Shown piece by piece: positions 48,411-59,993 of a DNA stretch of 64,000 bases. Position 1 is the first letter of the stretch. Each line of letters opens with the position of its first letter. This DNA is from Vezdaea acicularis (taxonomy: Eukaryota), in assembly GCA_026025075.1 (NCBI GenBank), contig JAPEUI010000088.1:1-64000 (forward strand). Direction: 5' to 3'. The translations under genes and the position numbers were made by a program. Below the pieces are notes generated by a model. That model did not search any database. It was not told the DNA's origin and worked only from the letters and a program-made list of their open reading frames with translations.

Positions 48411-50027
48411 ATGGATTTCAAGGCGAGCGGTAAGTCAGATACCCGTAAACTGTTAATTGCAGCAACTCATACACAAGCAGTGGGCTTCTCCGAACCTCGT
48501 TCGCTCTTTCGACGTTGTTGGCAATGCTCTTCCGAAACTCCGAAGTGTCCCCAGTGCCCTGAAGGGCAACAATGTTATTTCACATCCCAGTCTTGCAATA
48601 GCTGCGTCTCGGCATATTGTCAGAAAGTCACGCAACCAACTCTCAGTCCGTCTGGTAGCGGTAGCAGCGGTGGTGGAAGTAACGCTGGTGCCATCGCTGG
48701 GGGTGTGGTAGGAGGCGTGGCTGTAGTGGCCCTCGTTACATTCTTCGTGTGGAAGTTCTGCATCAAAAATCGTCGACAAGAGTATGAAGATGACAACTGG
48801 GTCTCCGAGGTGGCTACGACTACGGACGAGAAGAGCCAAGACGACTTCACACACCGGAGAGACGCCAGGGCATCCACGCACACCGTTGGATCTATCGCAT
48901 CAACGGTACTTACGAGGGCCTCCAATATCATACAAATCGCCTACATTCCCGGAGTGACGAATCGATCTCCACCCTCCACACCAGGCTTACTCGTACCGCC
49001 TGTGCCCCCTTTGCCATCCCAGTCTCCCGGCCTTTCCGCGGCATCAACCCCTACATTCCAAGAACAGCACTTCTTCATGCCTTCTGACCTCAGAGACTCG
49101 ACATGGTCTGGTACCACTGGCGACACGCGGAGCGTGGCCCGAACCAGCGTCACACCGAGTCTCGCGCGCGATAGTGTGGCAACCACTATCTACCGTAACA
49201 ACGCCATTATCGACCCTCTCCCCGCTCAAACGGTCATTCGAGGTAAAGCGGCCGTCGTCAGCGTCAAGTCCAGCGGTGCCAACACTCCCGATGAGATTCC
49301 ATCTACACCCGCACCACCAGTGCCTCACATCGACTACCTCCGCCACGGTGAACGCGGTCTCAACGTCCACGGCCCCTTCTCCGACCAACCACCCCTAAGC
49401 CCCTCCTTCTCCGTCAACTCTGCATTTATGGACAGCACGGCCAACACCGCCAAAGCCGTGACCGCGCGCCCTGTCAAAGTAACCAAGATGACCCGCGGCC
49501 CCACCTCCGCCCCCTTCCAACATGACCCGGCCGGCATCCCCCACCGCACCGATTCCACCCTCTCCGACCGTACGACGCACTCGCGCGCACTCCGCCACGA
49601 CGGCCAAACCTCCGCCCTTGACGAAGTCTCCTCCGAAGACTCGGAAGACGACAACCACGCGCGCGCCCGCCGCTCTCTCCTCGCCGAGAACGACCCCACC
49701 CGCGCCCACAACGTGAAAACGATCTATTCCGACCACACGGAGGACTCGAGCCCCTTTGGCGACCAGGCCGCTGCCGCCTCGCCCGGCATCCGTCCCGCCA
49801 GCCTGGCCCGCGGCTCGCTCGACTCGCATCGTACCTCCATCGCCGAGAAGGCTAAGCTGGACGAGAAGAAACCCGCGCACAAGGCCAGCGGCAGCCTAAG
49901 CGCCGTCATCGAAGAGGGCATGCGTCGCGCCAGCCGGCAGCCCACCCACGGCGGCTTGGGCAGCATGAGGCGCGATAACAGCCCCTTCTCGGACGAGTAC
50001 GAGGTCAAGGGGAAAGGCATGATATAG
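48411..50027 (+). CDS. OPY2: Opy2-like single-pass membrane anchor (HOG/filamentation MAPK signalling), probable 51-nt intron at 48430-48480
   Basis: Eight-Cys extracellular domain (CWQC...CPQC...C...CNSC...C), TM helix AIAGGVVGGVAVVALVTFFVW, and ASTVLTRASNIIQIAYIPGV. Confidence 0.87.
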   Translation: MDFKASGKSDTRKLLIAATHTQAVGFSEPRSLFRRCWQCSSETPKCPQCPEGQQCYFTSQSCNSCVSAYCQKVTQPTLSPSGSGSSGGGSNAGAIAGGVVGGVAVVALVTFFVWKFCIKNRRQEYEDDNWVSEVATTTDEKSQDDFTHRRDARASTHTVGSIASTVLTRASNIIQIAYIPGVTNRSPPSTPGLLVPPVPPLPSQSPGLSAASTPTFQEQHFFMPSDLRDSTWSGTTGDTRSVARTSVTPSLARDSVATTIYRNNAIIDPLPAQTVIRGKAAVVSVKSSGANTPDEIPSTPAPPVPHIDYLRHGERGLNVHGPFSDQPPLSPSFSVNSAFMDSTANTAKAVTARPVKVTKMTRGPTSAPFQHDPAGIPHRTDSTLSDRTTHSRALRHDGQTSALDEVSSEDSEDDNHARARRSLLAENDPTRAHNVKTIYSDHTEDSSPFGDQAAAASPGIRPASLARGSLDSHRTSIAEKAKLDEKKPAHKASGSLSAVIEEGMRRASRQPTHGGLGSMRRDNSPFSDEYEVKGKGMI

Positions 50028-50245
50028 CCTCGGAACGTGCTTTTCGCGGGGGTGGATGGATGCATCTGTGGTTTTTTTTTCTTTCCCTCTACACGGTTCT
50101 GGGTTGGATATTCAAGCGGTGTCGGGCGTGCTACGGTGGTGTGCTCCAGATGGAAGTCACCCGGGTCTGATTTTTTCTTCTTTTCTTCCCCATCATCCCT
50201 TTTTGTGTTCTATTCTCTTCATTTCCCTCCACACCACCCTTTGAG

Positions 50246-50272
50246 ACGCGCACGCGCGCACGCGCGCACGCG
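50246..50272. repeat. (CACGCGCG)3 alternating purine-pyrimidine tract
   Basis: acgcgcacgcgcgcacgcgcgcacgcg, 27 nt strictly alternating. Confidence 0.85.
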
Positions 50273-51554
50273 GCTGTCGACTCTGGTTCCCGCACTCTGC
50301 ACATTTTTCCTTTCCTCCGTCCTCCCACTCCCGTGTTGGAAACTCTTTCCTTTTCCGCCCCCCCCCCCCTTTCAAACTTCTTAGAGCAATGGAAAATCAA
50401 TCACAATATAAAGTACTCTCTCCCGCTCGAACCTACTTCGTGATAAACCCTTTCAACCCTTTATGGTCTCTTGATGCCGCGCTGGCGTGTAGAAGATACT
50501 GCTATGTGATTCATGAAAGGCTGTAGAGTATGCATGAAGTTGTACTCTAGGTCTGTGCGTTTTGAGTATTTGGTCTTACCGCGTATAAGGCTGGCGGGTC
50601 CGAGAACGAGGCGACGAGGGCGAGGGAGGTTGGGAGGTTAGGAGTCCTCCCCACGCTCTACAGCATCGCACAACCGACCCCGTCACGCACAAAACACATC
50701 AAATCACCACAATTGCAAACAACTTTCGGATCTAACTTTTTATATTTCTCTAAGTGTGCGCCCCTTCCTTTCCCCCTTACCTAGTATAGAAATACGGCAA
50801 GGAAAGCCAAAAAAAAGAGTAAGAGCACCGCCGCCAACGCCGTTCCGGTAATGAGCAATGAGCAATGAGCAAAGAGCAAAAAGGGATGGGATAGCGAGAG
50901 GGGGAGGTACAGTGGGATAAGGAAATTGTACGCCGGGGGACCGAGATGCTGACGATGATGATGGGGATGAGGATGGGGATGGGGATGTGAAATGAAATGT
51001 GTGGGAGGGGGAAAGGTGGTACAGGGTGTAGGCAGAACAGCAAAGGGGGCACAATCGGAATACAGGAAGTGCATGAAAACCAAAACGCCAGGAAGAAAGG
51101 CAGAGGAAACACAAACCAAAAACACCGTGTGAGTAGGACAAGGAAAAAAGACGCGCCGCACTGCTCCTGTGTATGATTCCTAACACGCCAGTTCTCGAGA
51201 AAGGGGAAAAGAAGGACGCCGTCGCCGCACGCGAAGGTATAGTCCCGTACACGTGTACGCCACGAAACCGTGAAAAGCTCGCGCGCCTTGAAGCATAAAT
51301 TGATAACGCTATCCGATACGGAGACGCCGGGAATGCTTGCGAGGTTCGCCGAGACCGTTCCACTTGATACAGTGGAAGCCGTGATGCAAAAAGAGAGGGG
51401 GAGGGAAGGGGCGAAATTTGTCAACGCCGGACTCCGGACGCCAGGGGGAGGGGGGCGCCATGTAGAAGGGAGGATGATATGGAGACAGGACCGCCAACGC
51501 CAAACGCCGGACGCGGTATGCAGAGGGGAAGGTACAAAAGGTCGGGTGAATGTC

Positions 51555-52395
51555 CTATAGGCCTATGGAGGAGTACCTCCTCTTCTTCTCGTCCTTCTTC
51601 CACTGATCATACTCGCGCGTTCCCTTCTTCGGAATGTTTTTAACGTGCACGGTGCGGCGATGTTCCACCAGATGATCTTGTCTCTTGAAGCCGTTTTCGC
51701 CGACTCTATTACAGTTCTTGTCGGGGCAGTCGAACAGGTACTGAGGATTGTGCGTGTCCTTGTAATGACGGTCTAGATCAGCGGCGCGCCTGAACTTTCC
51801 GTGTGTAGCACATCCCTTGTAGAGGCAGACGAATTGTTTATCTTTGTTCACCCTTTCAAAAGGTTAGTTGGAAGGCATTCTGAACCAATTTGACCAATGA
51901 TGCATGCGGCGCCTACCTTTGATTGCAAAGCACGGTATATGGAAGGTTTTCATTGGGTTCGTAACCTGGCTTTAATTGGTAATAGCTTGGATATGGATCT
52001 TCACGCTGGATGAGATCATAAAATTGCGTGTTGAAGTCAGAAGCGGGCTGAATAGAACCCTTGTCGACTGCGTACACAGATTCAGTCGGACTCATGGCAT
52101 CACTGTACGGAGTGAGAGGGGAACCGGCCAGGTCCTCCATATTTGAACTGGTTCGTGACATCTCCTGGGTATAGCTATTCGTCCGCTCCGATCTAGTTTG
52201 ACTGTCGTAACCACTTCCGTAAGAATCACCCGAGTACGATATCGACATTTTTTGGCTTCCAGTAGTATTGTCTAGAGGAAACGATGGATCCACGGCCTCT
52301 ATTGGGTAATACAAGTGAGCAGAAGACTCAGTAGGTTGATTCCAAGCCTGGTACGTAGGAGTGGAGCCCCATGTATAATTATAAGAGGAGCCCAT
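51555..52395 (-). CDS. C2H2 zinc-finger transcription factor (two fingers), coding intron at 51853-51916
   Basis: FVCLYKGC...FRRAADLDRHYKDTH and FDCPDKNCNRVGENGFKRQDHLVEHRRTVH, preceded by a Ser/Tyr-rich N-terminal exon that joins in frame. Confidence 0.85.
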
Positions 52396-54610
52396 CCCGC
52401 AGTTCTGTTTTGCCTGCCGTGCACGGTATCTATGAAGAGTGGACGAACCAGAATATCAGGAGAGATGAAGCGCTGTGAAACCAATTGTTAGATATGAATG
52501 ACGGCTACGACAGTAGTTATATTAATACCTCACGACGATCTGCTCCAGGAGACAACAGCGATAAGCCAAGGATGGTGTTCGTCAAAGTTATATCTTAAGC
52601 CTTTGAAGTAGCTCGGGCGTGTCAGGGGCAGCAAGCTTTAAGCATCTAACAGTACCGCCTCAAACACGCAAAGCTAGAGCCCTCATAGAGCACTATGAGG
52701 CGCCGCCTTAGTACTAGACGGAGGCAGGGGCACGACCGGCTGCACGGCTTTGATCAGGATCGAGAGATTCTGGCATCTGGGAGCCGGAAAGCAAGAAAAA
52801 ACAACGACACGACCGCATGCATTTCAAGAGGGGGGGTTGAGGAGGGACGCGTTCTGCCACTTGAGGCGGAAGGCGGTCAGGCAGTCCAGTATCTTGCCAT
52901 AGCCTCATTGCGACTGGCCTCAATATCTTAAGGCGACCCGTAGCGATCACACTACTAGCCCTACTGGGTCTGTCCTGGATCTGTCCTGGGGTCCAACATT
53001 GGCCAGTCATAGAGTCCCCCCGAAGCTGTCCGGCCGTTCGCGCGCTACCGCAAAGCCTCTTAGTTACCGAGTGCGGGCATTCTGAACATTTGAAGTACGC
53101 CTCGCGTTCAGCATGCAATCAGTGTGTAAGATGAGCAGGGATTGCTGGCGATTTGACAGCCCCGTAATCCAAATGAGAAAGACCATTGATCGCGGAGGAT
53201 GCAAAGCTGGATGACAGCAACGGTAAGACGCGTGGTAAACAAGCGCCCCTCCAGAAAGTGGATGCCAGATAATCGTTACAAGGAACTTGTGACAAGAACA
53301 TCGACTGACCGGACAGACAGGAAGAGCAACAAGGATCGGATAACTAGCACATAAGAAAAGAGCTGAGACGTTATTGGATGCCTTGCTACTGTTCAGGACC
53401 GGAGGTAGCCTCGTGTGGGCTTAAAGGCGCCACGGTCCGCGTCCGTCCGGTTAGGAAGCTCCATGGGGAATGCGAATTGAGTGCTCCGCCGTCTGGTCCG
53501 TACTCGCGGTCGCAAGCCATGTCGCAAGTCTTGTGCCTGTGCCCAAAGCAGTCCGATTGCGCCATGTCCTGTTGTTGCCATAGTCTCGTGACCCCCGTCT
53601 TCTAGAAGGCCATATCATCCGTAGTAGCCAGCGAGCAGCAGTGCGTAGAGCAGATTTGACCTCGGTGTTTCGTGAGGCGAGCGTGCACTACCAGGTGAAG
53701 ACCGAGGGAAAAAGGGATATCCGCGAACGGTCTATTCGTCGTACAGATACTCCATCGATGGAGCGGCACCGGCCTCCGAGAAAAGGCAGTGCCGGTTGGC
53801 AATGTTGATAGTCTGTGAGAACTAAAGCACATAGTGGGTCGAGGCATCAAGGCACTCTTAAATCCAGCCTGAATGCGGGCATCATTGCTATCAATTGTGT
53901 TGATTGGATCTGATATGTTGACGATCTTGATGCCAACTCATGGATTCCTCAACATGATCAACGTGTTCCCAATCCACGACATGGACTTGAGGCGAGATCG
54001 TCCACAGCGTGCGAACCATCGAGCCCGAGGAGGCAATCAAGAAGGGCTGGATCTATTGGTAAAGGGTGTTCAGCGAGGATGGTGGGGTCCCTTTAGCGGA
54101 CTTCGCCGTGTGTGCACAGCGATGGCGCCCTCGTGGCAGGTTTAGGCGGCTCGCTTGTTCCAGGCAACAATTTGCGCCCTTCAAACCCAACAGCCTTGTC
54201 CACCACACGGATCCGCCTCACTTGGGATCGCGGATTGGAGCATCCGCAGAATACGAAGGGGGCTATGATATGCGAAAGTATGTCCTTGACGGGGTCGGGG
54301 CCTGTTTTGGCTATGGAGAACCTATGAGAATGCAACATTGGCTACACGGCCTATGACTTGGCATGAGATTCGCGGGCGGTCGATGCCCGAGCTAAAGTGC
54401 TTGGTGGCTGCTGAGGAATGGAGTTTTAGCCCATTCACTCAGAGCAAATGATACTTCATTATACGAAGATCACAGCGGCTATGTAATAGCTGAGCTCATA
54501 AGCTCTCTAGAGCGGAATGTTTAACAGGGGGCCAACCATTCGCCCCTGATCAAGTATCCACGAGCCTCTCTATTCCCTTATCGATTAGAAGCCAGCCCAA
54601 ACAACATATA

Positions 54611-56821
54611 CTACAGATCATCCTCAAGAAACTTGTACGCGAATTTGAAGTCCGGCTTTCGACGATTCATCCTGTCAGACGAAATGTATAGATCAGCAAC
54701 TTTCGATCAAGTGAGATTTGAGATTAGACTAACCATGTGCTCTCGTAGTCGAAGAAACGATACGTTCCTTGCTCATACTCTTCTGTGATTGTCTTAGGCT
54801 CTTCGTGTCGTTGAAACCAGGTTTGATACTGTTTGTGAAACCTCCAGCTCTGCCCCTTAAGTGATTTGGCGGCAAGATATTGCTGGTATGTGTTTTGACG
54901 ATAATAGAAGACGTAGAAGAGCGTGTCCGTATCTATACGAGAGTAAAGTCGTGGGTCATCGAATATTGGTAGAGGTTCTTGCGGATAATGTGGCGGGGTG
55001 TTGTATCTAGTTTGAGGCTTATAGTGACGAGGTTTTTCTGCGTCGGTTGAATCAGGGCAATTGGCATGACTTGCGGCTAAGAGTCGCTGATTTGCGGTTG
55101 TCTGTGCACGCGTCACGCGAGTCTTCGTTGCTTCAAATGATTGTATCAGATCTTGTAATCCAGGTGGCAGATGATATATTGATTCATCGCTCTCCTCTTC
55201 ATGCCTGCTGAATTTCGCAGAATCGCCATTTATTTGCGCAGCAGTTGACTTGCCTGTGGATGATTCCGTGGGCTCATTCGAATGCGATTCATCTGCTCCA
55301 AGCGAGGGAGCTCTCGAGGCATTGCTTACGTTCGGCTCTGTTAGAACGGGCCCAGTTCTCGCTCCAGATGAGGCACTCTCGACCTTCTCTAAAGCTGGTG
55401 TTTGCGGAACGCTGCTGGCTACACTTCCAGCTTGAGGTATGCTGGCCTGGCTCATTGCAGGAGATTTTGCTTGAGTGGAAGATACTTGGGAATCTTCAAG
55501 AACGTTCGCAGGTATAGAAGAAGATGTTCTGGGCGGAGCCCCTTGACTGACTGATGCTGGAACTGACGATGCAGTGTTGGGAGAGCTTGTGGAGCTTGCT
55601 TTAGAAGCACCCGCTGGAGGTAGTGGGGCCAGTCCTGCTATGGCAGTTGAAGGAGAAGGTCCAGTACCTGGTGGGGGAGGAAGTGGTGCTATCCCAACGT
55701 TACTTTTATCGCTTGCCGCTGCCGCTGCCGCTGCGGAAGCATATTTCAAAGTTTCCCCAGGCGCTCGTGTTGGCAATGGCGCCGGCTTCATATTACTTGT
55801 ATTTGTATTATTAGCTACACTAGATGTAGGATTGTGTAGGGTCGCAAGGGTCGGCAAAGGAGATTTCGTGTGCATTGACGGTCTTCGAACGGCGGATCCC
55901 GTACTTTCTGATATCGATGGTGCTTTTTGTTTACCTGTAGCTCCGCCACCTCGAGTATCAGTGTCAGGGGCATCATCTTGTATCGATTGTGCATCCTGTG
56001 AAGAGGCCCGATCCATATCGTTGGTCATCCCGAAAGCATTCTCTTCCTCTTCCAGGTTTAACTCATCATAGATTGCATCGTCCTCCATAAAGTCTGGGTC
56101 ATCCGTATTGCTGGTTACGTAATATCGTATGCTTTCCTCTATTGCCATGACCTGCTCTGGCTCTAGATTGCCGTTTTCAAGTAGACGTAATATGAGCTCT
56201 AACTTTGTTTGATGCCACTTGTGCCGCTCCACCTTCTCTTCGATCTCCGCCAGCCGATTCGCCTTCGCTAGATCTTTCTTGCCTTTCTTTACCGTCACTT
56301 GCAGCCCTTCGGATTCGACTTCTATTGTTTCGATCTGCCGCTCTAGGTCCTCGACCATGCTTGACACAAATTGGCACGCCTCAAGCTTCTCTTTCTCTTT
56401 TGGATCGAGTTTTGCCGCGGCAGAGAGCCCCTCTTTTGAGTATGCTTTCGTTTTCATCTCTTTCTCGACGGCTTTGAACTTCTCCATTTGCTATATTTAA
56501 TGATCTTGTCAGTATGGGGAAATCTCTTATAAAGCCTGACTTTATTTAGGTCCGGCATTCACATACAGTCTCGATCAGTTTCCGCTGCTCTAGGAGCGGC
56601 TTCTTATCTTTGATTTCATTGCTAGCGGCCCATGTCTTAATCTGATCCCGTAGCCGCTGTAGCTTCTTAATCTCTCGTTTCAGGGCGTCTTCTAACTTCT
56701 CCTTTTGAGATGCATTCGACGATTGCTGTATCTTGTCGAATATGCCCTCAAACGCCTGAACGCCTTCCGAAACTTTCTTGAAGCAGCGGTCTACTTCTTG
56801 CTGCAGCTTCCGTTGTGCCAT
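54611..56821 (-). CDS. NOT3: CCR4-NOT complex subunit Not3/Not5, two introns
   Basis: [52 protein letters not shown], and NOT-box [10 protein letters not shown]...[13 protein letters not shown]...[12 protein letters not shown]. Confidence 0.95.
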
Positions 56822-57431
56822 TCTGATTTGTATCGGCGCTGAGTAGTGATTGCGCTCGGGCAAGTCAGAGTAAACGTTGAACGTCAAGACAAGTGCAGGT
56901 TTGACTACAGCTTCTTCGTTCCACAGCCTTTGGGTGAAGGTTAGCAAGTCGCAGGGAGTAGTAGAGGCTTCGTTCTGAGATATTATCTTCGCCTTTTATG
57001 TATTGTGCCGTAACAGGCCTCTGGTGTTTAAGGACAAGGCGTTGCGCGTTGTTTCATTCGGTGAATGCCGAAAATAACAAAAGCGAACCAATCAGAATGC
57101 TTCGTGCAATATAATTCAGAATAAAATTCACGAGTCTTTACACAAGCTTTGGGTAAGCTCTTTAATCGCTTGATCTGCTGTCTCTTGTTATTTCTTGTCC
57201 TGATTCAGTAGTGTTTGAGTAAAACATCTGCCTCTTTTTCAACACACGAGGTTTTGATTACAACTCACACGGTCTAACATATATGACACTGTGTCGTTGT
57301 GGTGATAGGCTAACAGATTCCAAGGCGTAGCGTATTTCGAAAAGCTGTTCACTTGAGAATTGTATCACGACATATCTGCAGCACCAGATAATCACATGAA
57401 GATAGATAAGGAGCGATAACAGGGCTTCAAT

Positions 57432-58122
57432 ATGGCATGCTGATGCGTCTGCAACACACTTCATAGCGTACTGACGGGGTTAGGTGCACGCAGAAGCCTC
57501 CGACTTTCCCGTAGGTCTCAGTAAGGAAGAGGCATATAAACGGGTATTAGAAGCGGCTGATGCATTGTGTAAAGATCAGAGGAATTGGGTATGGTATTTT
57601 AGTTGTCGCTCTACAATATATGAGGATTTAATTGACCTGATCTTTGGGGGCCCAGCAACTTGGCAAATGCTGCATCGCTGCTCTATCATGCCTACAAAGC
57701 TCTTCCGCTTCCTTCAAGTCAAGTGAATTGGGCTGGATTCTACGTTGTCGATCCTAAAGATCCAGCTCAGCTCATTCTCGGGCCCTTTCAGGGTAAAGTA
57801 GCTTGCCAGACTATACGATTCTCGAGAGGCGTATGTGGCACAGCAGCTACCTCAAAGGAAACGATAATGGTGAGCGATGTAGAAGCCTTTCCAGGCCATA
57901 TCGCATGTGATGGGGACAGTAAGAGCGAAATTGTGGTCCCGGTAATTGTGGATAACAAGGTGAGTAACGCAGACTCGGAGAGCGCTACATTAGGGGCTAA
58001 CAAGTATTGAGCTGGTTGCGATCATCGATATCGACTGTGCTGAGTTAAATGGCTTTAATGAAGTTGATGTGAATGCCCTGGAATCCCTGTCTACACTGCT
58101 TGCTCGCAGCTGTGACTGGTAA
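57432..58122 (+). CDS. Free methionine-R-sulfoxide reductase (GAF domain, fRMsr/MsrC), three introns
   Basis: Exons 57432-57434, 57484-57593, 57656-57959, 58012-58122. Motifs QRNWVCNLAN, VNWAGFY, LGPFQGKVAC, GVCGTAA, FPGHIACD, SEIVVP, IIDIDC and SCDW*. Confidence 0.93.
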
Positions 58123-58250
58123 TGTGAATGCAAGACTGCAGCAGCCTAGATCGATTGCTCGTATATGCAAAATCAAGAAGAACTGAAGTAATACTCTCTT
58201 GCGCCAACTCAGCTGGGTATATCTCGCACGAAATTTTGCCTTCACTTTTT

Positions 58251-59799
58251 CTACTTTTCTTTTCGCTCTATGTAGCTAGTCTTGATCACTTTCTTGACGA
58301 TACTTTCCACCTCATCCCAATCTGACGTATCGATCTTCGTCATAGTAATATTGAAGTAGCTTGAGATTTCCTCTAGGTGCTCCCAACTCTTTCTATCGGA
58401 AACAAAGGAGATACTGACACCGACTCGTCCGAAACGACCTGTACGCCCTATACGATGGAGGTATGTTTGAGGATCAGCATTGCCACGACCATCCGTTGGA
58501 ATATCGTAGTTCACGACCATTGACACGGTTTGGACGTCGATACCACGAGCAAGGACATTCGTGGTAATGAGAACCTTGGCCTTGCCTGAGCGGAAAGAAT
58601 CAATGACCCTATCACGTTCTGCACCCTCGAAAGCTCCGTGGAGGGCTGCAACCTGGTGACCTTCCGCGACCATGCGACGCTCAATCTCAGACGCAGTATC
58701 TCGTTTCTTTGTCTATCGTCAACTTTATCGGTTGTGACTCACTCAAAGCGGAACTTACCTTTACGAAAATTATTGAGGATCCAATTGTCATGAGGCCATA
58801 AAGCTTCACGAGAGTATTATACTTGTCCTCGTCTGAGCTGCAATCGAGGTACAATTGCTTGATGCCCTCCACCGTGAGCTCTTCGTGTTTCAAGGTGATT
58901 TGATTCGCTTTTGGCGCGAACGCGTTGGCGTATCTAACCACCGAGTCGGGGAATGTAGCAGAGAAAAGGACAATTTGAGCTGATTTTGAAACAGTTCTGT
59001 AATGATAATGATTAATATCAGTAAATTCAACGTGCACTTCTCCTGACGAGATAGAGACCTCTCACGTTTTGACCCGCATACATTGCTCGCCTAAGCCTTG
59101 CTGGTCCAGCATATTGTCTGCCTCGTCAAGGACGAAAACCTTGAGTTTACTGACATCTAGTTGCTTTCGTTTGATCATGTCAAGAACCGTTCCAGGGGTT
59201 CCAACGACGATTTGACTATGAATCGTTTGCCCTTTCTCTAGTGACTGGGGAATCGCAAATTGCACAGTGAGACCGTCAACAAAGCTTCCCATTGTTTGTA
59301 TTACACCCATAATCTGCCGAGCTAGCTCACGGCTAGGAGCTAAACAGAGGGCTTGAGGTGGGCTGTTCTGAGTAAGATCCAGACGTGAAAGCATATTGAG
59401 CACGAATGCTGCAGTCTTGCCGGTGCCTGATTGTGACTGGCCAATCATGTTCTGTGGAGGGTTGGATAGAAGTAATGGGAGCGCCTTCTCTTGAATTTTA
59501 GAGGGCTTCTTGAAGTTCATGAGGTATATTCCCTTGAGGATTTCGGGAGAGCTAGAGAAGCCATTACTTAGCTTCGACTCATTTATGTTTTAGAAGGATA
59601 AATACATATGAGAGAAGTTAGATGATACGTACAGCCCACCAAGCTCCTCGAAGGACTTGATAGAGTATAAAGGATTATTGGGATCGGCTTGCTTGACCTC
59701 AACATCGTATTCTGGCTCGTGAAGCGCCGTAGAAGGAAGGGGCGTTGGCAGCTCATCTTTAGGAGCCTCTGCTGGAGCTTCGACTTTGGTGTCCGCCAT
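58251..59799 (-). CDS. DBP5: DEAD-box mRNA export helicase Dbp5, three introns
   Basis: [52 protein letters not shown] and [12 protein letters not shown]. Confidence 0.96.
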
Positions 59800-59993
59800 G
59801 TCAGGTGTAGATATCTTTTGCTTGCGCTCTGTTTGGTGATTTACAGAGGTTAGTTTTACGTGGGGTTAATGAGGCGGCACGCCTGCTGTAGCCGAGTTGG
59901 AAGGCGGCCGTGCGCGGCCCCACTATAAGTGCAGCCCTGTCTCACTACGAGATGCATCACCAGCCAAGCCAGGTACGCGCGAGCATTGCGAGA

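Noticed and set aside
11332..58122. Stop-codon readthrough to cryptic peroxisomal PTS1 signals in the metabolic genes
   Set aside because: For RIB1, the HAD phosphatase, the aminotransferase and fRMsr there is no TGA-CTA context, and no SKL-like end in the three extensions I translated.
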